Below are positions 1-10,509 of a stretch of DNA of 64,000 nucleotides, in pieces. Numbering within the stretch: position 1 is the first letter of the stretch; every line of letters begins with the position of its first letter. A program made the position numbers and the translations under genes. Source of the DNA: Planctomycetota bacterium (GTDB lineage: Bacteria > Planctomycetota > UBA1135 > UBA2386). The notes beneath the pieces were generated by a model. It was given only the letters and a program-made list of their open reading frames with translations, searched no databases and was not told the DNA's origin. The DNA lies in assembly GCA_965223545.1 (NCBI GenBank), contig OZ245006.1, forward strand, positions 2,944,001-3,008,000, in the 5' to 3' direction.

Positions 1-2
1 AA

Positions 3-287
3 GAGCTGCGGCCGAGCTGCTTCGCCGTGTTCGGCATCGACGACCACGCGCTGGGCACCGAGCGCGTCGTGCTCGCCGCCGAGCTGCGCAAGGGGAGCAG
101 TGCCGATCCCGAAGATGTGCTCGACGCGATGCGCGCCGCGGTCTACCAAGAGCTCGGCGTCAAGCTCGACGACATCCTCCTGGTGCCCACGGGCACGCTG
201 ACCAAGACCTCCAGCGGCAAACGCCGCAACCGGCACTTCCGCGAGCTCTACCTCGCCGGCGAGCTCGAACCCCTCCGCATCGGCTGA
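3..287 (+). CDS. Fatty acyl-AMP ligase / AMP-binding enzyme, C-terminal part (5' truncated by window edge)
   Basis: Frame is open from the window start; carries the adenylation A10-like motif LTKTSSGK preceded by ERVVLAAE. Confidence 0.8.
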   Translation, partial: ELRPSCFAVFGIDDHALGTERVVLAAELRKGSSADPEDVLDAMRAAVYQELGVKLDDILLVPTGTLTKTSSGKRRNRHFRELYLAGELEPLRIG

Positions 288-295
288 CGCCCGCC

Positions 296-904
296 ATGAC
301 CATCCCCGACAGCGTTTTCGTGCACGAGAAGGCTCTGGTCCAGAGTGACGACATCGGCAAGGGCACCCGCATCTGGGCGTTCACCAACATCCGCAAGGGC
401 GCGCACATCGGCGAGGACTGCAACATCTGCGACTACGCCGTCGTCGATGGCTACATCGGCGATCGCGTCACACTCAAGGACTACGCCGCGGTCGGCCTCG
501 GCGTGCACGTCGAAGACGACGTCTTCATCGGACCCCAGGCGGTCACCACCAACGACGGCGCGCCGCGCTCACCGCGGATGAGAGGAGTGCCCGGCGTCGA
601 GCAGCGCTACGCCGACGAACGCAACTGGCTGTTGACCACGCGGCTGTGCCGGGGAGCGACGATCGGCGCGGGCGTGATCGTCACTCCCGGCGTCACGGTC
701 GGCGAGTTCGCGATGATCTCTGCCGGCGCGGTCGTGGTGACGGATGTTCCCGCGCACGCGCTGATTCAAGGCAATCCCGGGCGGCAGTGGGGATGGGTCT
801 GCTTCTGCGGCGGCCGGTTGACCGTGGCGGATGACGGCCTGTCGGACTGCGAGCAGTGTCAGCAGAGATTCCGCACGACCGACGACGGCGTCGAGGCCGT
901 GTAG
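296..904 (+). CDS. Hexapeptide-repeat N-acetyltransferase (WbpD/WxcM-like sugar acetyltransferase)
   Basis: Left-handed beta-helix repeats (IGEDCNIC, VEDDVFIGP, TND, GATIGAG, GAVVVTDVP, GNPGR) and a C-terminal CFCG...CEQC. Confidence 0.85.
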   Translation: MTIPDSVFVHEKALVQSDDIGKGTRIWAFTNIRKGAHIGEDCNICDYAVVDGYIGDRVTLKDYAAVGLGVHVEDDVFIGPQAVTTNDGAPRSPRMRGVPGVEQRYADERNWLLTTRLCRGATIGAGVIVTPGVTVGEFAMISAGAVVVTDVPAHALIQGNPGRQWGWVCFCGGRLTVADDGLSDCEQCQQRFRTTDDGVEAV

Positions 905-917
905 CTGCCGCGACCGC

Positions 918-1640
918 CTACTTCCGCAGGCCCAGGCCGACGAGAAAGATCGGTCGCAGGATGCGGTACCAATCCACCAGCGGCTTCATCTTCGTCCGCC
1001 CCAGCTCCTTCGGCGGATAGGTCTTGGTGCACGGCACCTCGGTGGTCTTGTAGCCGAGCTTGATCAACTTCATCAGCAGGTAGACCTCGAGCTCGTAGCG
1101 GTCCAGCCAACTCTGGTAGAGGTCGATGCGCGAGTCGTCGAGCACACTGAGCTTCATGCCGCGAAACCCATTCGTGCTTTCGGTGATGCGGCGGCGGCAA
1201 AACAGGCCGACGAGCCACGGGTGCAGGCGCGTCGCGACCTTGCGGTAGAACGGCATGTCTCCGCCGTAGCCACCGCCGTCGAGGTAGCGGGACCCCATGA
1301 CGAAGTCGTAGTCCTCGTCGCAAATCGGATCGAGCAGCCGCGGGATCTCGTCGGGATCGTCCTTGTTGTTGCCGGCCACCATCGCCACCAGATCGTGGCC
1401 GTTGGCGCGGCACACTTCGAACCCGCGGCGGATCGCCTTGCCGACGCCGACGCACGCCCCCAGCTCGACCACGGTCGCCCCGGCATCGCGACAGATCTGC
1501 GCCGTGCGATCGGTCGAGCCATCGTCGATGACGACGATCTCGTCGACGATGTCGCGCGGGATGCGCCGCATCACTTCACCGATCTTCGGCTCCTCGTTGT
1601 AGGCGCAGGTGAGGACGGCGACGCGCCGGTTCTTGTACAC
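918..1640 (-). CDS. Glycosyltransferase family 2 (polyprenol-phosphate glycosyltransferase-like)
   Basis: AYNEE, IDDGSTDRT, GSRY and TNGFRG motifs. Confidence 0.9.
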   Translation of the reverse strand: MYKNRRVAVLTCAYNEEPKIGEVMRRIPRDIVDEIVVIDDGSTDRTAQICRDAGATVVELGACVGVGKAIRRGFEVCRANGHDLVAMVAGNNKDDPDEIPRLLDPICDEDYDFVMGSRYLDGGGYGGDMPFYRKVATRLHPWLVGLFCRRRITESTNGFRGMKLSVLDDSRIDLYQSWLDRYELEVYLLMKLIKLGYKTTEVPCTKTYPPKELGRTKMKPLVDWYRILRPIFLVGLGLRK

Positions 1641-1809
1641 GAGCTAAGGGGCGGAATGCGGTGGACGAGGGCGCAGCAGTCTGCCACGACCAACCGAGCG
1701 GCGCAACCGAGCACGCCGCGGCGGCCGTGACGGGGCGGCGGGATCGAGCCCACGAGAAGGGGGATTCGGATGACGCGACCACCTCTTGTCCTCTAGGGTG
1801 GCCAAAAGC

Positions 1810-3051
1810 ATGCCGCTCGCCACTGCCGACAACGCCGTCATCAACCAGCCGATGCCAGTACTCGCGGTGCTCCTGGCGGTGCTGGCCGCGCTCTTCATGG
1901 CCAAGAAGACCGCGATCGGAACGCGCGTCTACCGCATCGTTCCCATCCTGGTGTTCTGCTACTTCGTGCCAACGCTGCTGTCGAACACCGGCATCATTCC
2001 GAGCAACGGCGACTTCGAGCTCTACGTCTTCATCAAGGACTGGCTACTGCCGGCGAGCCTCTTCCTCCTGGTGATGGCGGTCGACATCGTCGCGATTCTG
2101 CGACTCGGCCCCACCGTGCTGGTGCTGTTCGTCGTGGCGTTCGTCAGCGTGGTGATCGGAGGCCCGCTGTCCTACTTGGCCCTCGGCTGGTTGATCGATC
2201 CCGCGCACCTCGACCAGACGTGGCGCGGGCTCGCCGCGCTCAGTGGATCTTGGATCGGCGGTGGCGCCAACATGACCGCGATCAAGGAGAGCGTCGGCAC
2301 CAGCGACGACATGCTCGGCGCGATCATCGTCGTCGACGTCTTCGTCGCGGAAATCTGGACCGCGGTCCTGTTCTGGTTCGCCGGCCGCGAGCTCGCGATG
2401 GACCGCGCGCTGGGTGCCGACCGCGCCAAGCTGGACGAAGTCCGCCGTCGTGCCGAAGAGTATCAGGAGCGCGTGCGCCGCCCGACCGACCTCGGCAGCT
2501 TGCTGGCGATGCTCGCCCTGGCGTTCGGCGCCACCGCGGTCGCCCGCGAGCTCTCGGGATGGCTCGTGCAGGTGTTGCCGGAGAACGACATTCTCGGGTC
2601 GTTCACCTGGACGGTCATCCTGGTGACGATGTTCGGGCTGGGCGCCTCGTTCACCCGGTGCCGTGCACTCGAAGGCGCGGGAGCCAGCGAGGTCGGGTCG
2701 GTGCTCTTGTTCGTCCTGGTCGCCAGCATCGGAGCCAAAGCACACTTCGCCAAAGTGGTCACGAAGGAGAACCTCCCGCTCGTCGCCATCGGCGCGCTCT
2801 GGATGCTGATCCACGTCGGCGCGATCATGACGACGCGCCGCTGGCTGAAGGCACCGATCTTCTTCGCGGCGATCGGATCGCGCGCGTGCATCGGTGGCGC
2901 CGCATCGTCTCCGGTCGTCGCCGCCGCGTTCAACCCGGCACTGGTGCCGGTCGGCGTACTGCTCGCCATCCTCGGCTACGTGGTCGGCACGATCGGTGGC
3001 GTGATCTGCGCGTTCTTGCTGCGCGCGGTGCATATGGGCGTCTACGCGTAG
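1810..3051 (+). CDS. DUF819 family integral membrane protein
   Basis: About 10 hydrophobic segments; GSWIGGGANM and IGGAASSPVVA motifs. Start codon uncertain (1786/1810). Confidence 0.8.
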   Translation: MPLATADNAVINQPMPVLAVLLAVLAALFMAKKTAIGTRVYRIVPILVFCYFVPTLLSNTGIIPSNGDFELYVFIKDWLLPASLFLLVMAVDIVAILRLGPTVLVLFVVAFVSVVIGGPLSYLALGWLIDPAHLDQTWRGLAALSGSWIGGGANMTAIKESVGTSDDMLGAIIVVDVFVAEIWTAVLFWFAGRELAMDRALGADRAKLDEVRRRAEEYQERVRRPTDLGSLLAMLALAFGATAVARELSGWLVQVLPENDILGSFTWTVILVTMFGLGASFTRCRALEGAGASEVGSVLLFVLVASIGAKAHFAKVVTKENLPLVAIGALWMLIHVGAIMTTRRWLKAPIFFAAIGSRACIGGAASSPVVAAAFNPALVPVGVLLAILGYVVGTIGGVICAFLLRAVHMGVYA

Positions 3052-3217
3052 CTGCCCCCGCCCAAGCGGTTGCGTCACACCGCAAACACGGCGAGTTGGT
3101 GGAACTGGTGCGCAGGAATCGCCCCCGGATGGCCGACACCAAGTGCAGGGCCATCGCACGTTCGTGCACGCGTGGCTGCCCTCCACCGACTCGAACTCCC
3201 CGAACCACGAGCACAAG

Positions 3218-4198
3218 ATGACGAATCAGGTCTGGACCTCGTTGGCTCTCGTCGTCGCCCTGCCGATGCTCATCGGCTGCGGCGCCGAACAGGCACCGAC
3301 AAACCAAGAACAGCCGGCGCAACCCACCTCGAACCCGACGCCGCTCGCTCCCCCACCGGCCCCGGCGGTCGAGACCGCGTCCACGCCGCGGCCCGCGGCC
3401 AAGACGTTGCGCTGGGTGGGTTGCGGAATCACGAAGAAGGCTTTCATGCACGCGCTGGCAACCGAGTACGAGAAGGCCTCGGGCACCAAGATCACCCTCG
3501 AGGGTGGCGGCGCGACGCGCGGCATTCGCGACGTCGCCGCCGGTAACACCGACCTGGGCGGCAGCTGCCGGCACAAGATCCTCGATCCGCAAGAGCTCGA
3601 CTGCGAGCTCCACCCCGTCGGCTGGGATGCGGTCGTCGCCATCGTTCATCCCGACAACCCGTTGTCCGACATCTCGGTGGAACAGCTGCGCGGCGTTTTC
3701 ACCGGCAGGATTCGATCCTGGTCGCAGCTGGGTGGCGCGGACGTCCCGATCGAGGTCTTGATCCGCACCGGCAAGACGTCCGGCGTGGGCTTGATGGGAC
3801 GCGAGCTCCTGTTCGCCGACCCCGAACTGGACTACCTGCCCGAAGCGGTCGAGTTCAAGAGCTCCGGTCCGCTCGAGCAGGCCCTCGAGCAGCGCCCCCA
3901 CGCAATCGCCTTGACCGGCATCTCCAGCGCCAAGAAGCGCGCGGTCAAGGTCCTGCAGCTGGCCGGCTCGACACCGAGCATGGAGAACCTCATCGCGGGT
4001 CGTTACTCGCTCGTCCGCCCGCTGTACCTGGTGACCGCCAAGAAGCCGCGCGCCGAGGTCACAGCGTTCCTCGACTTCATGCAGAGTCCGCGCGGACAAG
4101 CCGTGATCGAGCGCGAGGGGACAGTTCCCCTGGCCACTGGCGCGCGCCTGTGGACGGCCTACCGCGAGCGCATCCAGGCGGCCAACGAACGCCGCTAG
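3218..4198 (+). CDS. PstS-like (PBP2) substrate-binding lipoprotein
   Basis: Lipobox LIGC, Pro-rich linker, GGGATRGI, DAVVAIVHPDNP, YSLVRPLYLV. No pstCAB nearby. Confidence 0.8.
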   Translation: MTNQVWTSLALVVALPMLIGCGAEQAPTNQEQPAQPTSNPTPLAPPPAPAVETASTPRPAAKTLRWVGCGITKKAFMHALATEYEKASGTKITLEGGGATRGIRDVAAGNTDLGGSCRHKILDPQELDCELHPVGWDAVVAIVHPDNPLSDISVEQLRGVFTGRIRSWSQLGGADVPIEVLIRTGKTSGVGLMGRELLFADPELDYLPEAVEFKSSGPLEQALEQRPHAIALTGISSAKKRAVKVLQLAGSTPSMENLIAGRYSLVRPLYLVTAKKPRAEVTAFLDFMQSPRGQAVIEREGTVPLATGARLWTAYRERIQAANERR

Positions 4199-4254
4199 AG
4201 ACGGACTCCTCACGCGTCTGGCGAGAAAATCGAGTCAGACTCGGTACTGGTCGC

Positions 4255-5265
4255 TTAGCGTTCGAGGCGGGCGGTCTCGAACGAGGCCTCGGCGCCGTCT
4301 CGAGTCGTGCGCGCGGCCAGCGCCACGCTGGTGACGCTGCGCGCGATGTCGCCGGTGTGCACCGCGGCGGCGGCGATGCTCTCCAGGATCGCATCGGCGG
4401 TGAGCGTGTGCTCGCGTACGAGGCCGGCGATCGTCTCCTGTGCCGTGCTGGCTCCTTCGATCAGGTCGCGCATCTCGGCGATGCGTGCCGTGCTCTCGGT
4501 GATCGCCGCCTGCAACCCGGCGAGGCGATCCATGGCGGACTGAGAGGCGTGCGCGGTCAGCTGTGCCAGGTTGGAAACTTCATCGGCGACCACGGCGAAG
4601 GGCTCGCCGCGACGCCCCACACGCGTCGCCTCGACGCGGGCGTTGAGCGCGATCATCTTGGTCTGCGCGGCGATCTGGCGGATCGAGCTGACCACACCGT
4701 CGATGTGGAAGCTGCCGCTCTCCAGGATCTGCACCGAGCTCCCGAGCTCCTGCGCCGAACGCACCGCGTCCGCGGTGAGCGCCGTCGTACGGTTGGCCTC
4801 TCCGGCGATCTCGAACAGGCTGTTGCGCACATCGCCGACCGCGTCCGCGGCCTGACGGACGCTCTCACCCACCGAGTTGGCGGCCTTGGCCACGCCCTCG
4901 GCACGCAGCATGGTCTCCTCGATGTTGAGCATCATCCGCTCGCTGACCTCCAGCAGCCGCGCCTGCTTCTCGCTCACGATGGCGCTTTGCTGGGCAGTCT
5001 CGCGCGCCTGCGCCGACTCAGCGGCTGCCAACTGACGCTCGGACCTCGCGGTTCCCCAACGCCGGCCGACACAGAGCCCCGCGGCGGTGGCCGCCGCGAC
5101 CGCGACGACGAAGACGAGCTCGGATCGCGGCAACCCCCTGCCGAGAACCGGCAGGCAAGCCATGCTCATCAACGCCGTGATTGCCAGACACGCCGCCGAG
5201 GCGAACAGCACCCAACGCGAGGCCAGCACGCCGAGGCGCGCACGCAGATTCCCGAGGTCCCTCAT
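4255..5265 (-). CDS. Methyl-accepting chemotaxis protein
   Basis: Two N-terminal hydrophobic segments and signalling hairpin IAAQTKMIALNARVEATRVG...FAVVADEVSNLA. Start uncertain. Confidence 0.85.
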   Translation of the reverse strand: MRDLGNLRARLGVLASRWVLFASAACLAITALMSMACLPVLGRGLPRSELVFVVAVAAATAAGLCVGRRWGTARSERQLAAAESAQARETAQQSAIVSEKQARLLEVSERMMLNIEETMLRAEGVAKAANSVGESVRQAADAVGDVRNSLFEIAGEANRTTALTADAVRSAQELGSSVQILESGSFHIDGVVSSIRQIAAQTKMIALNARVEATRVGRRGEPFAVVADEVSNLAQLTAHASQSAMDRLAGLQAAITESTARIAEMRDLIEGASTAQETIAGLVREHTLTADAILESIAAAAVHTGDIARSVTSVALAARTTRDGAEASFETARLER

Positions 5266-5515
5266 CCAACCCGGTGCCCCCGTCAACCCGACGATGAAAG
5301 GGCACCACTGGGTCGTCCTGTCGGCGCGGTGCACAGATCTCTTTAGGTACGTCGACAATCCAGACAGCCGCCCGCACCAGAGGTCCCTTGACATCGACGC
5401 CCCGGGCACCCGCTCGTCGCTCAAGCGCGCAGCCGCAACACGCCGATGTCGCAGGGGGTGAGAAGGGGAGTTCCCTGGGAGCCGTGGCGACGGCGCCTAC
5501 GCCCGAGAGCCAGCG

Positions 5516-6320
5516 ATGCCCGCCGCCAATACGAAGCCCACTCGAGCCCTGCTCGTCGACGACAGCCCATTGGTCGTCGAGCTTCTCACTCGCGCGCTGC
5601 AAACAACCGGGGCGATCGAAGTCGTGGGCGCGGCGAACAACGGCCGCAGCGCCGTTCGACTCACCGACAGCCTGCGCCCCGACGTAGTGGTCATGGACGT
5701 GAAGATGCCGGTCATGGACGGCATCACCGCGGTCGGCGAGATCATGCGCACCTGCCCGGTGCCGATCTTGGTCCTCTCCGACTCGGAATCCGCGGAGATC
5801 TCCGACCTCACCTTTCGCGCGCTCAGCCACGGCGCGATCGACTTCCGGTCGAAGCCGCGGGACGACGCCGATCGCGGCGTGGTTGCAACGCACGGCCGCC
5901 ATTCGCGTCGAGGTTGCCGAGCACGGCTCGCGCCTTGAAGCGGGGGTCGCTTTCATCGCGCCTTGGGGCACGCATACCAGAGTCGATGCCCGCGCCGCAC
6001 GGGTGGAGCTCTCGACCAGGAGCGCCCGCGAGCACGCGTTCGTGCCGGCCGCCGACGCCCTGTTCGAGTCCATGGTCCGCCTTGGCCCGACGGCCAGCGG
6101 GATCGTCTTGACCGGCCTCGGACAGGACGGCGCGCACGGTCTGCTCGCCTTGGCCGGCACCGGTGCGACGACGATCGCGCAGGACCCGTCGACGTGCGTG
6201 GCAAGCTCGATGCCGTCGACGGCGATCGGCTTGGGCGCGGCGGGGCGTGTGATGACTCCGGAACAGATCACCAGATGGCTGTCAGCCGCTGCGATGTGCA
6301 GCGTGCAGGGGGGAGACTGA
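5516..6320 (+). pseudogene. cheB: CheB-type REC-methylesterase, disrupted (internal deletion plus frame change near 5860-5880)
   Basis: 5516-5860 encodes a REC domain (VDDS, MDVKMPVMDG, AIDFRSKP). A different frame from ~5871 encodes the C-half of the methylesterase (PAADALFES, VLTGLGQDGA, IAQD). The GxSTGG and QH segments are absent. Confidence 0.75.
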
Positions 6321-6712
6321 TGAGCAAGCGTCCCAAGGTCGTCGTCGTCGACGACAGTCCGATCGTCCTCCGGGCAGTCGAGTCCGCACTCTTGCACCAT
6401 GGGTGGGACGTAGTACCGCTGGACGATGTCAACGCCGGCGCGGCGCGCATCCTCGACGAGAACGCGGACATCGTCCTCCTCGACGTGCACATGCCGTCGC
6501 TCTCGGGAGAGAGCCTGACGCGGCTCTTGTTGAGCCGCAACCGCAACGGCGCGACCAAGGTGATTCTGCACTCCAGCAACACCGCCGCGAATCTCCGGCA
6601 GCTGGTGCGCGAGACCGGGGCGCACGGGTTCGTGCAGAAGAGCGCCGACGCGGCGGGCCTGCACAGCAAGCTGCAGTCGTTCTTGAGCACCGAACCCGAC
6701 GCACGGGACTGA
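6320..6712 (+). CDS. Single-domain response regulator (CheY-like)
   Basis: ATG overlaps the upstream TGA; VVDDS, LLDVHMP, HSS, FVQK. Confidence 0.9.
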   Translation: MSKRPKVVVVDDSPIVLRAVESALLHHGWDVVPLDDVNAGAARILDENADIVLLDVHMPSLSGESLTRLLLSRNRNGATKVILHSSNTAANLRQLVRETGAHGFVQKSADAAGLHSKLQSFLSTEPDARD

Positions 6713-6737
6713 CCGCGACAGCATCGACAGTCAAGCC

Positions 6738-8537
6738 ATGTGGTGGAGCAACCTATCCGTTTCGCGCAAGCTGTTGATCGGCTTCGGCGCGGTCTTGTTC
6801 ATCGTCGTCTGGCAAGCGCAGCGCAGCTACTCGGCGATCGATGAGCTGCACACCCGGATCGGCGGCGTCATCGACGGCGCCGTCGCCAAGGACGAAGTCG
6901 CCAGCGAGATCTTGATCCAGGCCAAGGAGTGCCGCGCGCTCGAGGTCGAGTTCTCCAGCCGCCGCAACCCCGAGCTACTGGACCGTTACGCCACGTCGTT
7001 CGCCCGGCTGCAGGCGGGCATCGAACAGCTCCGGCACAGCGGCGGCCCGGACTCCCAGCAAGATGCCGACCGCCTCCGCGGCCTCGCCGACGCCCTCTTC
7101 ATTTCCTGGAACGAGATGGTGACGGCCCAGACCGAGCTCGGCTTCGACCAGCACTCCGGACTGCAGGGGAGGTTCCACCGCGGAGCACAACGACTGCGGG
7201 AGGAGCTGGACGCCCGCAGCGCCGACGACCAAGCCGCGACCGCCGCCGTCACGACTCTGCTCGAGCTCGAACGGCTCGAGACCAACTACTTGCTCTGGCA
7301 AGACGAGAACGACGCAGCGACCGTCCAACAGACGTGCGCCGCGCTGGAGAAGCACATCCAGCAGCTGAGCGCCTCGCCGGAGGAGTCTCAAGCGTTGGTG
7401 AAGACGGTGCGCACCTGTCGTGATGCGTTCCTGTGGATCGTCGAACAGTCCAGCGTCACCCAGAATCGGGCGGACAAGCTGGCGGAGACGACCGCCGCGA
7501 TCGTCACCGTGGCACACGACGTCTCGACCCGATCGCGCGAGGCACGCAAGTCTCAGCTGGCAGACATCTCGAGCTTCGCGCAGGCGCAAGAATCCACCGC
7601 GTTGCTGCTCGGACTGATCGCCTGTGCCATCGGTATCGGCGTTTCGATTCTGATTGCCTACTCCCTGACCCGGCCGCTGACCATCGTTCTCGACCGACTC
7701 CGTGACGTCGTCGAGGGCGAGCGCAATCTGACCAAGCGCATTCGGCTGTCGTCGCGGTCGGACGAGATCGGCATCCTCTCGGTCCGGTTCGACAAGTTCC
7801 TCGACCGGATGCACGAGCTGGTTCGTGTCTTGCAGACCAGCGTGACCGACCTGGACTCGGCGGCGACGGAGCTGATGGGCAGCGCCCAACAAACCCAAGC
7901 CGGCGCCACCGAACAGGCGGCCTCGATCGAAGAGTCCCGGCGGTCGCTGGAGAGTCTGACCGTCAGCGCACAGCACGTGCTCTCGGTCGGACAGGCCGTG
8001 CGAGAGCGCGCCGAGATGTCGCAAGCCATCGCCGGCCAGATCGGCGAGAAGGTCGCCGACCTGTCCAAGCACAGCGAACGCATCGATGAGATCCTCGAGC
8101 TGATCAAGGAGATCGCCAACAAAAGCGATCTGCTGGCGCTGAACGCCGCTCTGGAGGGAACCCGGGCCGGCGAATCCGGCCGCGGCTTCTCCCTCGTCGC
8201 CACCCAGATGCAACGCCTGGCCGAGCAGGTGATGGGGTCGGTGAAGAGCATCTCGGTGCTGGTCAACGACATCGCGGAGGCCACCAACGGCTGCGTGCTG
8301 GCGAGCGAGGAGGCGATCAAGATCGCCGTCGATACGACCGAGTCCGCCCGCGAGATCGAGCGCGCAGTCGCCGAGCAGAAGGCCGGCACGCAGGAGTCCT
8401 CGGTCTCGATGGATCAGATCTCGGCAGTCACTCGCGATTCGTTGACCGCCACCAAGGCAGTCGTCACCGCCGCCGATCGCCTCAACATCCTGTCGGTGGG
8501 AGTGCGCAAGCTCGTCGACACCTACGTCGTCGACTGA
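6738..8537 (+). CDS. Methyl-accepting chemotaxis protein (TM-sensor-TM-HAMP-MA)
   Basis: Two TM segments, HAMP (TRPL...DEIGIL), KSDLLALNAALEGTRAGESGRGFSLVA. Confidence 0.92.
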   Translation: MWWSNLSVSRKLLIGFGAVLFIVVWQAQRSYSAIDELHTRIGGVIDGAVAKDEVASEILIQAKECRALEVEFSSRRNPELLDRYATSFARLQAGIEQLRHSGGPDSQQDADRLRGLADALFISWNEMVTAQTELGFDQHSGLQGRFHRGAQRLREELDARSADDQAATAAVTTLLELERLETNYLLWQDENDAATVQQTCAALEKHIQQLSASPEESQALVKTVRTCRDAFLWIVEQSSVTQNRADKLAETTAAIVTVAHDVSTRSREARKSQLADISSFAQAQESTALLLGLIACAIGIGVSILIAYSLTRPLTIVLDRLRDVVEGERNLTKRIRLSSRSDEIGILSVRFDKFLDRMHELVRVLQTSVTDLDSAATELMGSAQQTQAGATEQAASIEESRRSLESLTVSAQHVLSVGQAVRERAEMSQAIAGQIGEKVADLSKHSERIDEILELIKEIANKSDLLALNAALEGTRAGESGRGFSLVATQMQRLAEQVMGSVKSISVLVNDIAEATNGCVLASEEAIKIAVDTTESAREIERAVAEQKAGTQESSVSMDQISAVTRDSLTATKAVVTAADRLNILSVGVRKLVDTYVVD

Positions 8538-8553
8538 CGACTTCGGTCTCCAG

Positions 8554-9990
8554 ATGGTCGCCACGACGGTCCGGATCCTGCGCGCGATCGAGCGCCACCT
8601 CGGCTTCGCGATCTCGCCGGAGGAGTTCGATCGACGCGTCGGACCGGAGCTGGCGACCTCCCTGTTGGCCGCGGGGTTCTCGAGCCTGGACGAGCTCAGC
8701 CGGGCGCTGGACATGAGTCCCGCCGAAGCCCCCGCCCTGGCGGCTCTGGTGGACGCGGTGGTCATCGGCGAAACCAGCTTCTACCGCCATCCGGAGCAGA
8801 TCGCGGCGGTGGTCGAGATCGCGACGCACCTCGGCCAAAGCCTCCGCCGGCCGCTCGAGCTCTGGTGTGCCGGCTGTTCGGTCGGCGCGGAGCCGTTCAC
8901 CCTGGCGATGGCACTCGACGCGGCAGACGTCGCCGCACACGTCCTCGGCTCCGACGTCAACCCGCGAGCGCTGGACCACGCCCGGCGCGGCGACAGCTTC
9001 GCGGAGACCGCCGTGCGCAACGTTCCGGACGAGATCCGTGCGCGCTACCTGCACCGAGTCGGGGCGCGCTGGACGGTCAACGCGGCGCTGCGTGACCGAG
9101 TCCGGTTGCTCGAGCACAACCTGGTCACCAGCGCGCCTCCGCGACCGGAGCACCAACCGCAGTGGGACCTGATCCTCTGCCGCAATGTCCTGATCTACTT
9201 CTCGCGCGCGCAGATCGAGGCCACCGTGCAGCGTTTCGCGCGCAGCCTCGCTCCCCACGGATGCCTGGTCTTGGGGCCAAGCGATTCATTGCTGGCACTC
9301 GACGTGCCCCTCACCAGGCGAGACGCCACCGGTGCACGCATCTACAGTCACGCCCCGGCCCAACCGGCAACCCCTCGCGACCGGCCCGCGCAACCCGCGG
9401 CCCGCCGTCAGGAGTCCGCCGCAACCGGTGTGGGATATGACGAGATCACATCCCGCATCGCCGCCGGCGCCTACTCACTCGCCGAAACCCAGCTGCGAGC
9501 GTTGCTCGCAGGCGACCCCCGAAACCGGGCAGCCCGGCTGACGCTCGGCAACCTCCTGGTCCGCCGGCACGCGTTCGCCGAAGCACTCACCTTCTACGAT
9601 GTGCCCGGCGCGCAGCCGAACGCGGAGTCGCACTATCTGGCTGCGGTCGCACTCTACAAGAGCGGTCGGACCGGGGACGCGGGGGCGCGGCTGCGACAAG
9701 CGTTGGGGTGCGACGCGGACTGGTGGCCCGCGTCGTACCTCTTGTCCGTGCTGCTCGAGGCCAAAGGAGACCTGCTGCACGCCGAGTTGGAGCTCGACCG
9801 CGCCATCGGCGCCATCAAAGCGCTGGGTGACGGAGCCGCCCGATTCGAGTCGGTGGCTTCGGTCGTCAACAGCGTCCACCTCGACCGCGATGGAGTGCTG
9901 CAGGCCGCCATCGACCGCCGCGACCGGTGGCGGGATGCGGAGACGGCGCCCAGTCTCGGCCATGGAGAGCCCACGAACCGGAGGCGATGA
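8554..9990 (+). CDS. cheR: CheR methyltransferase with C-terminal TPR region (FrzF/WspC-like)
   Basis: ETSFYRHPEQ, WCAGCSVGAEPFTLAM, DLILCRNVLIYF, followed by TPR-like helices. Confidence 0.9.
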   Translation: MVATTVRILRAIERHLGFAISPEEFDRRVGPELATSLLAAGFSSLDELSRALDMSPAEAPALAALVDAVVIGETSFYRHPEQIAAVVEIATHLGQSLRRPLELWCAGCSVGAEPFTLAMALDAADVAAHVLGSDVNPRALDHARRGDSFAETAVRNVPDEIRARYLHRVGARWTVNAALRDRVRLLEHNLVTSAPPRPEHQPQWDLILCRNVLIYFSRAQIEATVQRFARSLAPHGCLVLGPSDSLLALDVPLTRRDATGARIYSHAPAQPATPRDRPAQPAARRQESAATGVGYDEITSRIAAGAYSLAETQLRALLAGDPRNRAARLTLGNLLVRRHAFAEALTFYDVPGAQPNAESHYLAAVALYKSGRTGDAGARLRQALGCDADWWPASYLLSVLLEAKGDLLHAELELDRAIGAIKALGDGAARFESVASVVNSVHLDRDGVLQAAIDRRDRWRDAETAPSLGHGEPTNRRR

Positions 9991-9993
9991 GCA

Positions 9994-10509
9994 ATGCACG
10001 ACCAGACTTCGAGCGTCGACGACCTCAGCACAGCGGCCGGCACCGGGCAAGACGCCCACCGCACCGACACGCGCGCGACGTTCGTGTTCCGCATCGGCCC
10101 GACCTGGTTGGGCGTTCCCGCCCAGCACGTCACGGCGGTGCTCGACAGCCGCCTGCCAATGCCGCTGCCGCGAGTCCCCCCGTACATCCTCGGCCTCATC
10201 CCCAGTGGTCGGCAGGCCTTGCCCGTGCTCGACCTCGGGCTCTTCCTCGACTTGCCCCGTGCCGACGCCGCGGGCGCCAATCGCTTGGAGATGCCGCGGC
10301 TGGTGGTGATCGCGGACGGAGCCCGAACCGCCGCCGTCCCGGTCGACCGCGCGCTCGGAGTGGTCGCAGTGCCCCGCGCCGACGAGCAGCCGCCGGGCAC
10401 GGTGTGCACTGCAGCGACGCAGCCGTTCGCACTGTGCGAGATCGAGCTGACGCACGGCATCGCCGCGGTCCTCGACCTACCCCACCTGTTGGATGCGGTC
10501 AGTGTCTGA
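9994..10509 (+). CDS. cheW: CheW adaptor
   Basis: PLPRVPPYILGL...GRQALPVLDLGLFL pattern. Confidence 0.85.
   Translation: MHDQTSSVDDLSTAAGTGQDAHRTDTRATFVFRIGPTWLGVPAQHVTAVLDSRLPMPLPRVPPYILGLIPSGRQALPVLDLGLFLDLPRADAAGANRLEMPRLVVIADGARTAAVPVDRALGVVAVPRADEQPPGTVCTAATQPFALCEIELTHGIAAVLDLPHLLDAVSV

Noticed and set aside
5419..5440. GCTCAAGCGCGCAGCCGCAAC, resembling the start of the mini-element
   Set aside because: Needs gaps to align, has no hairpin and no matching far end; could be chance.
5850..5890. Programmed frameshift restoring cheB
   Set aside because: No slippery run, and a frameshift could not restore the missing catalytic segment.
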